Positions 9,685 to 19,463 of a stretch of 60,396 nucleotides of DNA are shown piece by piece; positions within the stretch are counted from its first letter, which is position 1, and every line of letters starts with the position of its first letter. The notes below the pieces were generated by a model. The model did no database searches, was not told the origin of the DNA, and saw only the letters and a program-made list of their open reading frames with translations. This DNA is from Candidatus Levybacteria bacterium RIFCSPHIGHO2_01_FULL_36_15. Its GTDB lineage: Bacteria > Patescibacteriota > Microgenomatia > Levybacterales > GWA1-39-11. The position numbers and the translations under genes are program-made. The stretch spans positions 13,912 to 74,307 of the forward strand of contig MFNJ01000047.1 of assembly GCA_001782015.1 (NCBI GenBank), read 5' to 3'.

Positions 9685-10497
9685 TTAGCTTGCGATTTGG
9701 AGTTTAATAGCAGGACTCATTGTTGACTTTAATGTCACATTGTTGATTTTGGTTGAGCCTATGGCGGAAAGGGCGGTTGAGATATTCTCAGATAATTGTT
9801 TTTCTGCAAAAGACAGTTTGCCCACAGACATATGAATAATGGGTGCCTCAGTTTCAGTTTTATAATTTACCTGGCCGTGCGAGAGCTTTTCGATCAGCTT
9901 TTGCGGTTCGGTTGTAATTGTTCCTGCTTTTGGGTTGGGCATAAGGCCCTTTGGTCCTAAAATTCTTGCGACTTTTGCAAGCTTACCCATCATAGAAGGT
10001 TCTGCTATAAGTATATCAAAATCTATAGTACCTTTTGAAACAGCATCAATCAAAGCATCATCCGCAACTTTTATCCTAACTTTTTTCCCTGTTCCGTGGG
10101 GTAGGGCAATTTGCCCGGAAAGGCCTTTCTCTTTTACGTTTATGTGAAGCTCTACAGTTTCATCAAAAGATGCTTTTTTGAATTTTTTTAAAACATCAAC
10201 AGCTTCATTAAGAGTAAAGAGTTTTTGTTTATTAATTGCGGCTTTGTTTTCAAGATATTTTTTCCCTTTTACTTTGGTTTTTACAAATTTCTGTTTCTTT
10301 TTCTTTTCAGGCGCTTTTTCTTCTGGTGTCTTGGTAGCTGAAGTTGCTTTTTCAACTTCTTCAGGATTTGTCGGGCCAACTGTTTTTATTTTTTCTCCAC
10401 CTTTAAGACCAGGAACCTTAACTTCCTCTTTTTTAGGCTTTATTTTTTTCTGTTTTGGAGCTTCTTCTCCGTATGTTTTGATTCTAATTTTACCCAT
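9685..10497 (-). CDS. rplA: 50S ribosomal protein L1 with Lys-rich N-terminal extension
   Basis: FDETVELH, LPHGTGK, ARILGPKGLMPNPKAGT, KSTMSP; follows rplK. Confidence 0.95.
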   Translation of the reverse strand: MGKIRIKTYGEEAPKQKKIKPKKEEVKVPGLKGGEKIKTVGPTNPEEVEKATSATKTPEEKAPEKKKKQKFVKTKVKGKKYLENKAAINKQKLFTLNEAVDVLKKFKKASFDETVELHINVKEKGLSGQIALPHGTGKKVRIKVADDALIDAVSKGTIDFDILIAEPSMMGKLAKVARILGPKGLMPNPKAGTITTEPQKLIEKLSHGQVNYKTETEAPIIHMSVGKLSFAEKQLSENISTALSAIGSTKINNVTLKSTMSPAIKLQIAS

Positions 10498-10521
10498 TTT
10501 TTACAATTTCAAATTTTAAAA

Positions 10522-10953
10522 TTAAACTTCCTGTTCCGTTTCCACTCCCATTGACCTTGCGGTTCCACGTACAATGTTGGCCGCGGCTTTAAGGTCTTTG
10601 GTGTTCAAGTCGTCCATCTTGGTTTTGGCTATTTCCTCAATTTGGGCACGGGTTAATTTTCCCGCTACCTCGCGGCTTGGTTTTTGAGCACCCCTTTCAA
10701 GTTTAAGAGTTTTTTTAATAAGCTCTGAAACCGGAGGCTTTTTGATCGTAAAAGAAAAAGTTCTGTCTTCATATACGGTTATGACGACCGGAAGAACCGT
10801 GCCTTTTTGATCAGAAGTTTTATCGTTGAAAGCCCTTACAAACTCCATTATCGGCAGACCGTGCTGACCAAGAGCCGGACCAACAGGCGGAGCAGGGGTT
10901 GCTTCTGCGCCCTTAATATTTAATTTTATAATTGTCTTTATTTTCTTAGCCAT
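10522..10953 (-). CDS. rplK: 50S ribosomal protein L11
   Basis: [23 protein letters not shown]. Confidence 0.98.
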   Translation of the reverse strand: MAKKIKTIIKLNIKGAEATPAPPVGPALGQHGLPIMEFVRAFNDKTSDQKGTVLPVVITVYEDRTFSFTIKKPPVSELIKKTLKLERGAQKPSREVAGKLTRAQIEEIAKTKMDDLNTKDLKAAANIVRGTARSMGVETEQEV

Positions 10954-10972
10954 GTTCCTTCCTTTCAGTCAG

Positions 10973-11064
10973 TCAAATTCAAAATTAAAAGTTCAAAATG
11001 CAAAATTAATTAAACTTTTAACTTTAAACTATAACTTTGAACTTTGCACTTTGAATTTTTAACT
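10973..11064. repeat. Inverted pair of degenerate heptamer arrays (TCAAAAT-like / ACTTTGA-like) in the nusG-rplK spacer
   Basis: tcaaattcaaaattaaaagttcaaaatgcaaaatt ... aacttttaactttaaactataactttgaactttgcactttgaatttttaact. Confidence 0.8.
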
Positions 11065-11067
11065 AGT

Positions 11068-11655
11068 TTATATCTTCGCGATTTGCAAAAAATCTAATTC
11101 TACTGGTGTTTCACGACCAAAAATTGATACCAGCACTTTTACTTTTCCGCGTGTTTCGTCAATAGATTCAATTGTACCAAGAAAATCATTGAAGGGTCCG
11201 TCAGTAATTTTTACAGCTTCTCCCACAGTAAAAGCCGTTTTGAAAACCGGTTCATTCATCTCTACAAACCTAACGATTGCTTCAACCTCTTCATCTCTTA
11301 CTGGTGTTGGTTTATTTTCCGCGCCTACAAAAGAAGTGACACCTGGAGTAGTCCTAACCAGGATCCATGATTCATCATCCAAAACCATTCTTACCAGGAT
11401 ATAACCCGGAAAAATTTTTTCTTTAACGTTTTCTTTTTTCCCGCCTTTAATTTTTATGGTTTCCTTTGTTGGGACTAATACCTCCAGGATTCTCTCCGTA
11501 AAGCCCATGCTTTGAACTCTTTGCATAAGAGTTTTTGCCACTTTACCTTCGTGGCCCGAATAGGTATGAACTATATACCACTTGCCCAGCTTTTTGACAG
11601 GAGCAGCTGTTGCTACCTCTTCTTTTTTGCTTTCCTCTTTCGGTTGATTATCCAT
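11068..11655 (-). CDS. nusG: Transcription termination/antitermination factor NusG
   Basis: WYIVHTYSGHE, FPGYILV, VRTTPGVTSFVG, KOW motif GEAVKITDGPF, IFGRETPVEL. Confidence 0.98.
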   Translation of the reverse strand: MDNQPKEESKKEEVATAAPVKKLGKWYIVHTYSGHEGKVAKTLMQRVQSMGFTERILEVLVPTKETIKIKGGKKENVKEKIFPGYILVRMVLDDESWILVRTTPGVTSFVGAENKPTPVRDEEVEAIVRFVEMNEPVFKTAFTVGEAVKITDGPFNDFLGTIESIDETRGKVKVLVSIFGRETPVELDFLQIAKI

Positions 11656-11659
11656 ATTT

Positions 11660-11743
11660 GTTAGCGTTCAGTTTGCTAGCGTCTAGCGTTTAGTTTTTTT
11701 TATATTCTGAGTCTAGACGCTAAACGCTAATTACTAGACGCTT
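11660..11743. repeat. Inverted heptamer arrays (TAGCGTC / GACGCTA) in the secE-nusG spacer
   Basis: ttagcgttc..ctagcgtctagcgtttag ... ctagacgctaaacgctaattactagacgct; partial copy at ~12056-12070. Confidence 0.8.
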
Positions 11744-11748
11744 ATTTT

Positions 11749-11922
11749 TTATTTTATTACTATCTCAAGTATTTTTGTTAATAAAAGGTCGGAAAATCCT
11801 ATGAAAAGCCCTACAAATACACTGATAACTATTACTATGCCGGTTAATCTCATAGCTTCCTTTCTTGTAGGAAATGTGACCTTTTCCAATTCCGACCTTA
11901 CTTCCTTTAAGAAACTTAGCAT
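11749..11922 (-). CDS. secE: Preprotein translocase subunit SecE
   Basis: FLKEVRSELEKVTFPTRKE plus one TM helix; upstream of nusG. Confidence 0.95.
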   Translation of the reverse strand: MLSFLKEVRSELEKVTFPTRKEAMRLTGIVIVISVFVGLFIGFSDLLLTKILEIVIK

Positions 11923-12150
11923 ATCTACAATCCTGACTTTGACTTTATAGAATTCTTTTACCAAAGTACAAATCAGGATACAGGATGTCATTTTATCAGT
12001 TTTCTCTTGACATGTAAAGTAGATACAGGGTAGAATAGGGTAGCTGTTAGTTAGTCAGCGTCTAGCGTTCATGTATAATTCTATAGCCTGACTGCCATAT
12101 ATAGAATTGTATAGGGCATACAGTTAGATATAAAACTAGATACTTAATTT

Positions 12151-13041
12151 ATGAAGATAAGAAAAGCAGTTATACCGGCGGCTGGATTTGGTACCCGTTT
12201 TTTACCTCAAACCAAAGCAATGCCCAAAGAAATGCTTCCTATAGTTGACAAGCCTATCGTTCAGTATATCGTGGAGGAACTGGTTGACGCGGGTATTAAA
12301 GACATAATTATTGTCACGGGATACCATAAAAGGACAATAGAAGATCATTTTGACAGACCCAGCATGGAATTGGTTGAAAACCTCAGGATGGGAGGAGAGA
12401 AAAAAAGGCATCTTCTTGATGAGGCTGAAAGAATAGCGGATCTGGCTAATTTTGTTTATATACGGCAAAAAGGGCCGTACGGAAATGGAACGCCACTTTT
12501 GAATGTCAGAGAAATTATAGGAGACGAGCCATTTATTTATACATGGAGCGATGATTTTATAAAAGCGCATCCCAAATCGCGTTTCAAACAGTTGATTGAT
12601 GTTTATGATGAATTCGGTTGCTCGGTTTTGGCAGCAATCCGCGCAAAGCGCGATGAAGATTATGACCGCTATGGCTTTGCCGGCGGTAAAGTAATAAGAG
12701 ACGGAATTATTGATGTTAAAACAATTATTGAAAAACCTGGAAAAAGCAACGCTCCTTCCGATTTGGCAACCGTAAGCGGTTTTATATTTACTCCTGATAT
12801 TTTTGGTTACTTGGACGAAGCTCTTGATAATTTAAATGATGGCGCGGAGCTTTACTATAATGATGCTCTTAAGCTTATGCTTGATGACGGCAAGAAAGTC
12901 ATAGCCTGCGAGATCAAGGGAGGCAAATATTATGATACAGGTAACAAACTTGAATATCTTAAGACCGTTATAGAATTTTCCCTTGAACATCCGGAAATAA
13001 ACGGGGAACTCCGACGCTTCCTCAAGAATTTAAAAATATAA
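12151..13041 (+). CDS. galU: UTP-glucose-1-phosphate uridylyltransferase
   Basis: KAVIPAAGFGTRFLPQTKAMPKEMLPIVDKP, IEKP, YDTG. Confidence 0.9.
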   Translation: MKIRKAVIPAAGFGTRFLPQTKAMPKEMLPIVDKPIVQYIVEELVDAGIKDIIIVTGYHKRTIEDHFDRPSMELVENLRMGGEKKRHLLDEAERIADLANFVYIRQKGPYGNGTPLLNVREIIGDEPFIYTWSDDFIKAHPKSRFKQLIDVYDEFGCSVLAAIRAKRDEDYDRYGFAGGKVIRDGIIDVKTIIEKPGKSNAPSDLATVSGFIFTPDIFGYLDEALDNLNDGAELYYNDALKLMLDDGKKVIACEIKGGKYYDTGNKLEYLKTVIEFSLEHPEINGELRRFLKNLKI

Positions 13042-13125
13042 AGGTTAATTTTTATTACTTTACAAAAATAGTTTGTTAACCTCCTTCTTGACTATCTAAA
13101 ATATGTGTGTTATACATTATACATC

Positions 13126-13362
13126 ATGATACGTACTCAGATTTACTTGACAGAAGAACTATATAGAGATGTTGAGGCTCTTGCCAGGAGACAGAAAAAA
13201 ACAAAATCCCAGGTAATCAGGGAGTCTTTAGAAGAAGGTTTGGAAGGGAAAAAGAAAACCTATAACGCGGGGAAAATTCTTTTAAAAATTGCCGGTAAAG
13301 CTGTTAAAGGTGGAGAGAAAGATCTCTCCGAGAATATTGATAAATATTTATACGAAGAATGA
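13126..13362 (+). CDS. Ribbon-helix-helix (CopG-like) antitoxin
   Basis: MIRTQIYL...KSQVIRESL...DLSENIDKYLYE; 4-nt overlap with the PIN gene. Confidence 0.85.
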   Translation: MIRTQIYLTEELYRDVEALARRQKKTKSQVIRESLEEGLEGKKKTYNAGKILLKIAGKAVKGGEKDLSENIDKYLYEE

Positions 13363-13772
13363 GTAATTTTGTAGTTATTGATTCGAGTGCACTTGTGTCA
13401 CTTGCGTCTGTCGATGACCAGAATCATTCTAAAGCGAAAGCTATAAGTAGTGATTGCATGAAAAAAGGTAAAACAGTGATACTTCCAAGTGGTGTTTTGA
13501 GTGAAACACTGAATATTGTGGGGAAAAAATTTGGCCGTAGTAAACAGCTTGACTTAGGAAAAGATTTATTATTCTCAGATGCTTTTGCCATTACGGAAGG
13601 TTCACTGGATATTTGCATGAATGCATTTGAAAAACTGAAAAACCAAGCTTTATCTGTTTCTTTTACAGACTGTCTTGTCATGGTATTTGCCGATAAATAT
13701 AAAACAGAAGAAGTTTTCGGATTTGATGAAGCATTTGGTAAAAACGGATACAAACTGCCGGGAGCTTCGTAA
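13359..13772 (+). CDS. vapC: PIN-domain (VapC) toxin
   Basis: VVIDSSAL, SETL, SFTDC, VFGFD acidic PIN residues. Confidence 0.88.
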   Translation: MSNFVVIDSSALVSLASVDDQNHSKAKAISSDCMKKGKTVILPSGVLSETLNIVGKKFGRSKQLDLGKDLLFSDAFAITEGSLDICMNAFEKLKNQALSVSFTDCLVMVFADKYKTEEVFGFDEAFGKNGYKLPGAS

Positions 13773-13833
13773 AATTTGACAACGGATGGTATATTTGATA
13801 TATTCTTTTACAATAACTATCATTTTGTAATAT

Positions 13834-14457
13834 ATGGCAGGACCGGAGCAGCAAAAACCAAAAACAGGAGAATACGTGCATACGGTAGATGAGATACTTG
13901 GTTATGAATTTATGGCGCATTTTGCTGAATACCCATCTAACCTTCCTGTCCTTTATTCTTCTTTAGATCAAGGTTATTTTGAAGCTCTTGGCCAATATCT
14001 GTTTGAATCTTCTTACTCTCAGTTGCCTCCTGAAAAAAAGGCAGGGTGCGATAGGGCTGCAGCAGATTATATTATTCGCGAAAGAGGATTGGGTGGTATC
14101 GCTTGCTTATTGTTTCCAAATCCGGAGGAAAGGTTAGAAGATGAATTCAATAGGGACAGGATGTCATTTGGACATTCGGAACGTTTAGAAAGAATGATAC
14201 AGGAGAAAAGGGAAAGTTTTAAAAGATATGATGGTCTTCGTAAAGTAGTGGAGGGTTGGAGTGAAAATACCAAGCGTAGCGCTTTATATAAAGGATTAAC
14301 CGCAGGAATTGGAGTATTGGATGCAAAGATTGCTGATTTATCATTTCCTTCTAGCGAAGGGCCATTGGATCCTGGTTCAGAGGATAGAATAACTAAAATT
14401 AATCTGGAAATTAATACATGTAGAGAACTTCAGAGACAGCTGCTAGAAAGAAAATAA
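13834..14457 (+). CDS. Hypothetical protein
   Basis: 207-aa ORF; no motif recognised. Confidence 0.65.
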   Translation: MAGPEQQKPKTGEYVHTVDEILGYEFMAHFAEYPSNLPVLYSSLDQGYFEALGQYLFESSYSQLPPEKKAGCDRAAADYIIRERGLGGIACLLFPNPEERLEDEFNRDRMSFGHSERLERMIQEKRESFKRYDGLRKVVEGWSENTKRSALYKGLTAGIGVLDAKIADLSFPSSEGPLDPGSEDRITKINLEINTCRELQRQLLERK

Positions 14458-14672
14458 ACCCCGATTTATATTTAAACAATACTAAGTCTCATTATTCACC
14501 TTTTTCTGATGTCCACCTTGAAAGAGTTCCATTCGTCTCCGTCAATTGACGGATCCTCAGGACTACCTTCCAGGAGGACTTTCGCTTTGAATATAAATTG
14601 AGCTTAAATCCTCATTCTTCATAAATCTGCCTTTTTCTGCTAAACTTTAATTAATCTATTGCTGGAATTCAT

Positions 14673-14837
14673 ATGCAACAAAATAGCCAAAATCAGGATA
14701 AGAAAAAAATCTTAAAAGAGTATGAAAGAAAGGCAGAGGAAATTATCGGCAAGATGCTGCAGGTCTTAATCCGTGCTCAAAGAAAAGTGGATGACATAGC
14801 ATACAGAAGAATTTTGGAGAAGATCCAGAAAGAATAA
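14673..14837 (+). CDS. Small 54-aa helical protein, not in the ORF track
   Basis: MQQNSQNQDKKKILKEYERKAEEIIGKMLQVLIRAQRKVDDIAYRKILEKIQKE*; promoter at 14618-14646; stop is 2 nt before the kinase ATG. Confidence 0.6.
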   Translation: MQQNSQNQDKKKILKEYERKAEEIIGKMLQVLIRAQRKVDDIAYRRILEKIQKE

Positions 14838-14839
14838 TT

Positions 14840-17203
14840 ATGCCAGGAGAGTCAGCGGAACCGTTACAAAAACCACCTGAAGTTACAAACCTCGCTGAAA
14901 AAGGTCCAAAACAAGAAGGATCTTCCGTTGAGAGAGGATTTCAGAAAAAATCCCAAGAAGCAACAAGAACTGCGGAATCAATAGACAGGCAAGTTGATCA
15001 ACTTGCAAAAGGAAATCCGGGTGTTAATTTAACCGCAGATGTAGCCCAGTCACAAAGTTTAAGAAGAGAACTAGGAGAGGAAACATCTGCCGTAAGGGTA
15101 AAACTGATAGGAGCAGAAACTAACCCTCCAGAAAAAACTTCTTATGACTTATTGATGGAAGCTTCTATTAAGGCAGCAGACGCTACGCAGCAAACAGATA
15201 CTACTCTAAGAAATAAATTGCTGAATGATGCTTTGGATAGGTTTGTTAGAATCAAATCAGAAGCAACTGATCCAGCTATTTTGTTAAGTGCGGATGGAGG
15301 AATTTCTGGAGTAGCTGGCAAGCTTTACGAAAATTCAAGTTGCATGGAAACAGTTCATGGCGCGATAGGTTCTGTTACTGGTGATCTTTCACCTCTTGGC
15401 CTTGCGAAAGCCGAAGTCATTTTAAAAGCGGCTGAAGCAAAAAAGAAAACACCTGATGATGAATCCAATATTGCTTATGCTAGGCGATTTATCGCGCTAG
15501 CAAAAGAGAATCTACAAGGCTCAAAAATACCTCAAAAACCTGAGCAAGCCCCAGCGCCACCATCTACATCGGCTCCAAAAGGCAAAGCCAACGAAGCAGC
15601 AGCCAGTGGTAACAAAGAGACAGAGGAAATTAATAAAGAAATGGCAAAGATTGTTAAGGCTATTAATTTAGCAGAAATCAATGGTGAAAAAGCAAAAGTT
15701 GAAGACGGTTTGGGAAAGCTTTTTGAACTGAGAGTTAAAACATCCAAAACTCAACCGGATCCAGATACTGAACTTATATTACAAACAGCGGTAGATGCTG
15801 TCCTCCAGAATGTTTATGGAAGGGATATGGCGCCTAATTTAATAAATGTAGCAGGCGGACTTATAAACCGTTACGATGGGACAATGGAAGGAATGGAAAA
15901 AGCGGAGGCAATGCTAAGATTTGTCCGAGATAAAAAACCGCATAGTGATTTTTATAATAAGTACACAGCCTACATGCAGGAAGGGATAAGTCTCAGAAGA
16001 AGAAGCATAGCCCACCCGGAAGAAAAAGATCAATTATATAAAGACTTTAAAGAATGGAAAGAGAGAAACGTTTTAAGAAATAAACCAGAGGCGGAATTTG
16101 AATACTCATTTATGGTTGATAAGGAGCTTTTATCTGATATAGCACTTATGCCGGAAATACGTGAAATCGGTTCGGCGCCTGATGCAGTAAAAGAATTAAG
16201 GCATGAATTGACTCTGGCTGCCCAGCATCCCCGCGAGAGGGATACAGCAGAAATAAAAGCAAAAATTCAAAAAGAACTATTAAAGCCACACAACACGTTG
16301 GAGGTAGATTATCTTAATAATCTCGGAGCGCTAGCTGATAGATTAAGGGATCCGGCAAAAGTTCTGCTTGAGGAAGACAGAAAAGCAGCTTATGAAGCCA
16401 GTCCTGAAGCTTTTGAGAAAATGCATAAGCAATTACCAAAAGTAGAAGTAGGTGGGTTGCTTCCCTGGGAAGGGAAAAATTATAAGGTTGAAAAGATGTT
16501 AGGGGCAGGTGCGGGAGGAGATGTGTATCTTGCTGTTTCGCATGAAGGTGAAAAGATTGTTATAAAAGTAGCAAAGTATCAAAATGATCCCAAGGCTGAA
16601 GCAAAATTTATGGGAGAAGATTATACTTTGATACGAATGGCTGATTATCAAAGAAAGCACAATATGTTAAAAGAGGGGCATATCTTAACTCCTGAATTTT
16701 TAGGAAGTGGTAATACTGTAGACGGAAAGCAGTTTTTGGCTATGACATTTGCAGAAGGCAAAATGATAGTGGGAGGAGAACCTTTAGCTGAAAAAGATAT
16801 TGCGGAAATTGGGATGCAAGCTTGCAGCGTGCTGAAGTGTTCTTCTGAGCTTGGAAAGACATATTTTGATTTCCATCCGGATGATCTTCGTTGGGATAGT
16901 GAAGCAGGAAAAGTTACAATGCTTGACTGGGATGTGCTTCTGCCATTAGTGGATATGGATGAGAGGGTTCAAAGAGCAAATCCAAGCATTGATGTATTTA
17001 CATTATCTAAATACTTATATCAGGGAGCGACAGGTAAAGATAGCCTGGAAGTTGAAAACGAGGAGATAAATGAAGCCTTAAAGACTTTATCGCTTTCCCC
17101 AGGCATGAAAAAAATTTTTGCCAAAGCTTTGGATGAAGATCCTTCCCAAAGATACCAAGCAGCAGATGAATTAATGGCAGATTTTGAAGCGTTAGGAAAA
17201 TAA
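14840..17203 (+). CDS. Protein with a long helical N-terminus and a C-terminal atypical Hanks-type Ser/Thr kinase domain
   Basis: LGAGAGGDVY (Gly loop), IVIK, YFDFHPDD (catalytic loop), MLDWD (DFG equivalent), DVFTLS, DPSQRY. Confidence 0.8.
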   Translation: MPGESAEPLQKPPEVTNLAEKGPKQEGSSVERGFQKKSQEATRTAESIDRQVDQLAKGNPGVNLTADVAQSQSLRRELGEETSAVRVKLIGAETNPPEKTSYDLLMEASIKAADATQQTDTTLRNKLLNDALDRFVRIKSEATDPAILLSADGGISGVAGKLYENSSCMETVHGAIGSVTGDLSPLGLAKAEVILKAAEAKKKTPDDESNIAYARRFIALAKENLQGSKIPQKPEQAPAPPSTSAPKGKANEAAASGNKETEEINKEMAKIVKAINLAEINGEKAKVEDGLGKLFELRVKTSKTQPDPDTELILQTAVDAVLQNVYGRDMAPNLINVAGGLINRYDGTMEGMEKAEAMLRFVRDKKPHSDFYNKYTAYMQEGISLRRRSIAHPEEKDQLYKDFKEWKERNVLRNKPEAEFEYSFMVDKELLSDIALMPEIREIGSAPDAVKELRHELTLAAQHPRERDTAEIKAKIQKELLKPHNTLEVDYLNNLGALADRLRDPAKVLLEEDRKAAYEASPEAFEKMHKQLPKVEVGGLLPWEGKNYKVEKMLGAGAGGDVYLAVSHEGEKIVIKVAKYQNDPKAEAKFMGEDYTLIRMADYQRKHNMLKEGHILTPEFLGSGNTVDGKQFLAMTFAEGKMIVGGEPLAEKDIAEIGMQACSVLKCSSELGKTYFDFHPDDLRWDSEAGKVTMLDWDVLLPLVDMDERVQRANPSIDVFTLSKYLYQGATGKDSLEVENEEINEALKTLSLSPGMKKIFAKALDEDPSQRYQAADELMADFEALGK

Positions 17204-17249
17204 GCAACAAACTTAAAATTATACATTTTATGTTAGGAGGTGATAATTG

Positions 17250-17468
17250 ATGCACAATAGGTTACACGACCCGCAGGAAGATGATCCTGAAAAAGGAAAA
17301 ATAATAAAAACAGCTGAGGAAGAAGCCATAAAAGAACTGGAAAATATACCCAGGAAATTGGGATTTGTCCATTTGCTTTGGAAAACCCAAAAAAGAATTT
17401 TGAAAGATAAATACGGGATAGACTGGAAGACTTCAGCAGAAATGAATCCTGATACAAGATTTGATTAA
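17250..17468 (+). CDS. Small hypothetical protein
   Basis: GGAGG SD upstream; compact LGFVHLLW..QKRILKDKYGIDWKTSAEMNP..RFD module. Confidence 0.7.
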   Translation: MHNRLHDPQEDDPEKGKIIKTAEEEAIKELENIPRKLGFVHLLWKTQKRILKDKYGIDWKTSAEMNPDTRFD

Positions 17469-17474
17469 CACATA

Positions 17475-18602
17475 TTACAACTCAATTTCACTGATTTTGG
17501 GGTGTTCATTTGAATCCGAATTTGGAGTTGCCGATAACCAACCCGTTTTGTCATTCTCCATAATCCAGCCAAGACTGGGCTGGGACATGAATCTTTTGTA
17601 ATATGACATCCTGTAAAAAGTACGTTTATTAACGGATTCTATAATGACAGGCACATGCTCTAAATGAAAATAGGTTGGCGTAATGTTGGTGATAATTTTT
17701 TTTGAGGCAAGTGAATACATTTTAACCAGTTCCCAAAGCAAAGGATTAAGATCCGGAGGAGTAGGTTCTGCCGGGAGGCCTATTTTTTGTGCTTCTTTAA
17801 GAACAATAGGATAACCATGCGTGGGATAAGAATCGTTTAACATATCGGCTATCCTGTTCCTGTCTTCCTCGCTTGGAGCATTGGTTCGAAGTTGCATCAT
17901 GTTTTTGGCAATCATCTTGCTAAGGTTACTGGCACGCTGCAATTCGGCAAAAACAACAGGATGAATATTTGCGAAAAGTATTTCAGACGTACTTTTAGTG
18001 CCCGGATAGTTCTTGAGATCCGTATCCAAAAACTCTTTAATCCTGGAAATTTGATCCACGGAAACCCTTGATGGTAGTCCTCTTCCGTTTGGCCGCGGAT
18101 TGAGCGGATGAGTTAAGGATGTATCTATGGCTGTCAGAAAGCCCGCTGGACCTAACAATATTTTTTCCGCCGAAAGAGCAAGAAGGGTAGCGGCGCTGGC
18201 ACATCTGCTCGGAACAACAATAATCAGATTATTGCAATAATTTCTCAATATATTTGCTATCCGCCATGTGGCTATTTGTTCTCCTCCGCTGCTTACCAGG
18301 ATTAAAGCGAGAGATGATTCAGGCTGTAAATCTCTTACGTGAGAGAAAAAGTAATCAGCATTGTCAGTATTCATTGTTGTGTGCTCATTTATATAGTAAG
18401 CAATTGTTTTCGATTGAAGCTTCTGCTCGATTTCTTTGATAAGGGATTGCGATTTCTCCCAAAGAAAGGGAGGATAACGAATTGGAGGCAAAGGTTTTTC
18501 TTCTACTTTAGATTTATGAGCTTCGGTGTTTTCAGTAACGACTGCTTTTACACCGTTATTTACCGGATCTTGTATGGAGCTTATATTATTTATATCGGGC
18601 AT
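17475..18602 (-). CDS. SDH-family ClpP-fold serine protease
   Basis: ILVSSGG, VPSRCASAATLLAL (catalytic Ser), LTAID, YPTHGYPI (Ser-Asp-His order). Confidence 0.82.
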   Translation of the reverse strand: MPDINNISSIQDPVNNGVKAVVTENTEAHKSKVEEKPLPPIRYPPFLWEKSQSLIKEIEQKLQSKTIAYYINEHTTMNTDNADYFFSHVRDLQPESSLALILVSSGGEQIATWRIANILRNYCNNLIIVVPSRCASAATLLALSAEKILLGPAGFLTAIDTSLTHPLNPRPNGRGLPSRVSVDQISRIKEFLDTDLKNYPGTKSTSEILFANIHPVVFAELQRASNLSKMIAKNMMQLRTNAPSEEDRNRIADMLNDSYPTHGYPIVLKEAQKIGLPAEPTPPDLNPLLWELVKMYSLASKKIITNITPTYFHLEHVPVIIESVNKRTFYRMSYYKRFMSQPSLGWIMENDKTGWLSATPNSDSNEHPKISEIEL

Positions 18603-18685
18603 AAATCCAGTATAGGATGTATGTAGAACGGAGTCAATAGAATTATTGTTCCTCATAAATCCGTTAATTTTACTATTTTTCACCC

Positions 18686-18714
18686 TTGACATACTGTACA
18701 TATTCATGTACAGT
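18686..18714 (+). promoter_or_regulatory. Sigma70 promoter overlapped by a palindromic TA operator
   Basis: TTGACA(18686)-17 nt-TACAGT(18709); inverted repeat actgtacat-attc-atgtacagt containing two TGTACA cores. Confidence 0.75.
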
Positions 18715-18736
18715 TTAGAAAATGAGGTGAATAAAT

Positions 18737-18988
18737 ATGACCTATACTAATATCACAAATGCCAGGGCAAATTTACCCAGTCTGGTAGATAAAATTGAAA
18801 AAGAAATGGGGAGAGTAGTAATTACAGTAAACGGCAAGCCCAAAGTAGTTATGATAAGTACTGAAGAGCTGGAGTCTTTAGAGGAAACTGCTGAAATACT
18901 TGCTACTCCCGGAGCGCTGGAAAGTATTAAAAGGGGAAGCGAACAAATAAAAAAAGGAAAATTTGTAAAATTATCCGACTTAAAATAA
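18737..18988 (+). CDS. Phd/YefM family antitoxin
   Basis: ARANLPSLVD...VVITVNGKPKVVMIS.EE.ESLEET. Confidence 0.92.
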   Translation: MTYTNITNARANLPSLVDKIEKEMGRVVITVNGKPKVVMISTEELESLEETAEILATPGALESIKRGSEQIKKGKFVKLSDLK

Positions 18989-18997
18989 TTTACATAT

Positions 18998-19246
18998 ATG
19001 GATTTAATTCTCTCCGAAGATGCAGAAAAAGACTTCCTGTGTCTTCCGAAGTCCCAGCAAGCAAAAGTGAGAAAAAAATTCTTGGCACTTCGCGATGATC
19101 CAATGTCTGGTAAAAAACTGTCAGGTGAGCTGTCGGGCTATTATTCTTTCAGAGCATGGCCGTACAGAGTTATCTATCAAATAAATCAGACAGGAAAAAG
19201 AATAGAAGTATCCGCTATTAGCCATAGGCAAGGAGCGTATAAATAG
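18998..19246 (+). CDS. RelE/ParE family toxin
   Basis: KKLSGELSGYYSFRAWPYRVIY...ISHRQGAYK. Confidence 0.9.
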   Translation: MDLILSEDAEKDFLCLPKSQQAKVRKKFLALRDDPMSGKKLSGELSGYYSFRAWPYRVIYQINQTGKRIEVSAISHRQGAYK

Positions 19247-19332
19247 TCTTATGTTTTGGTGAGATTTTTGAAGGGTCAGATCTTTGAATAGCTCTTCTTC
19301 ATAAATCCCTCTGTTTTTGATATACTCTCAAT

Positions 19333-19428
19333 AAAGCTCAAAAGTCAAAGATCAAAGCGCAAAGCCCAACTTAAAGCTAAAAGTTTTTTAGTTTTGAACT
19401 AGGTTTTGATTTTTGCACTTTGCGATTT
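19333..19428. repeat. Inverted heptamer arrays in the leuS leader
   Basis: aaagctcaaaagtcaaagatcaaagcgcaaag ... gttttgatttttgcactttgcgattt. Confidence 0.75.
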
Positions 19429-19463
19429 ACACTAAAACAGTTTGGGATTTCTTAATTAATATT

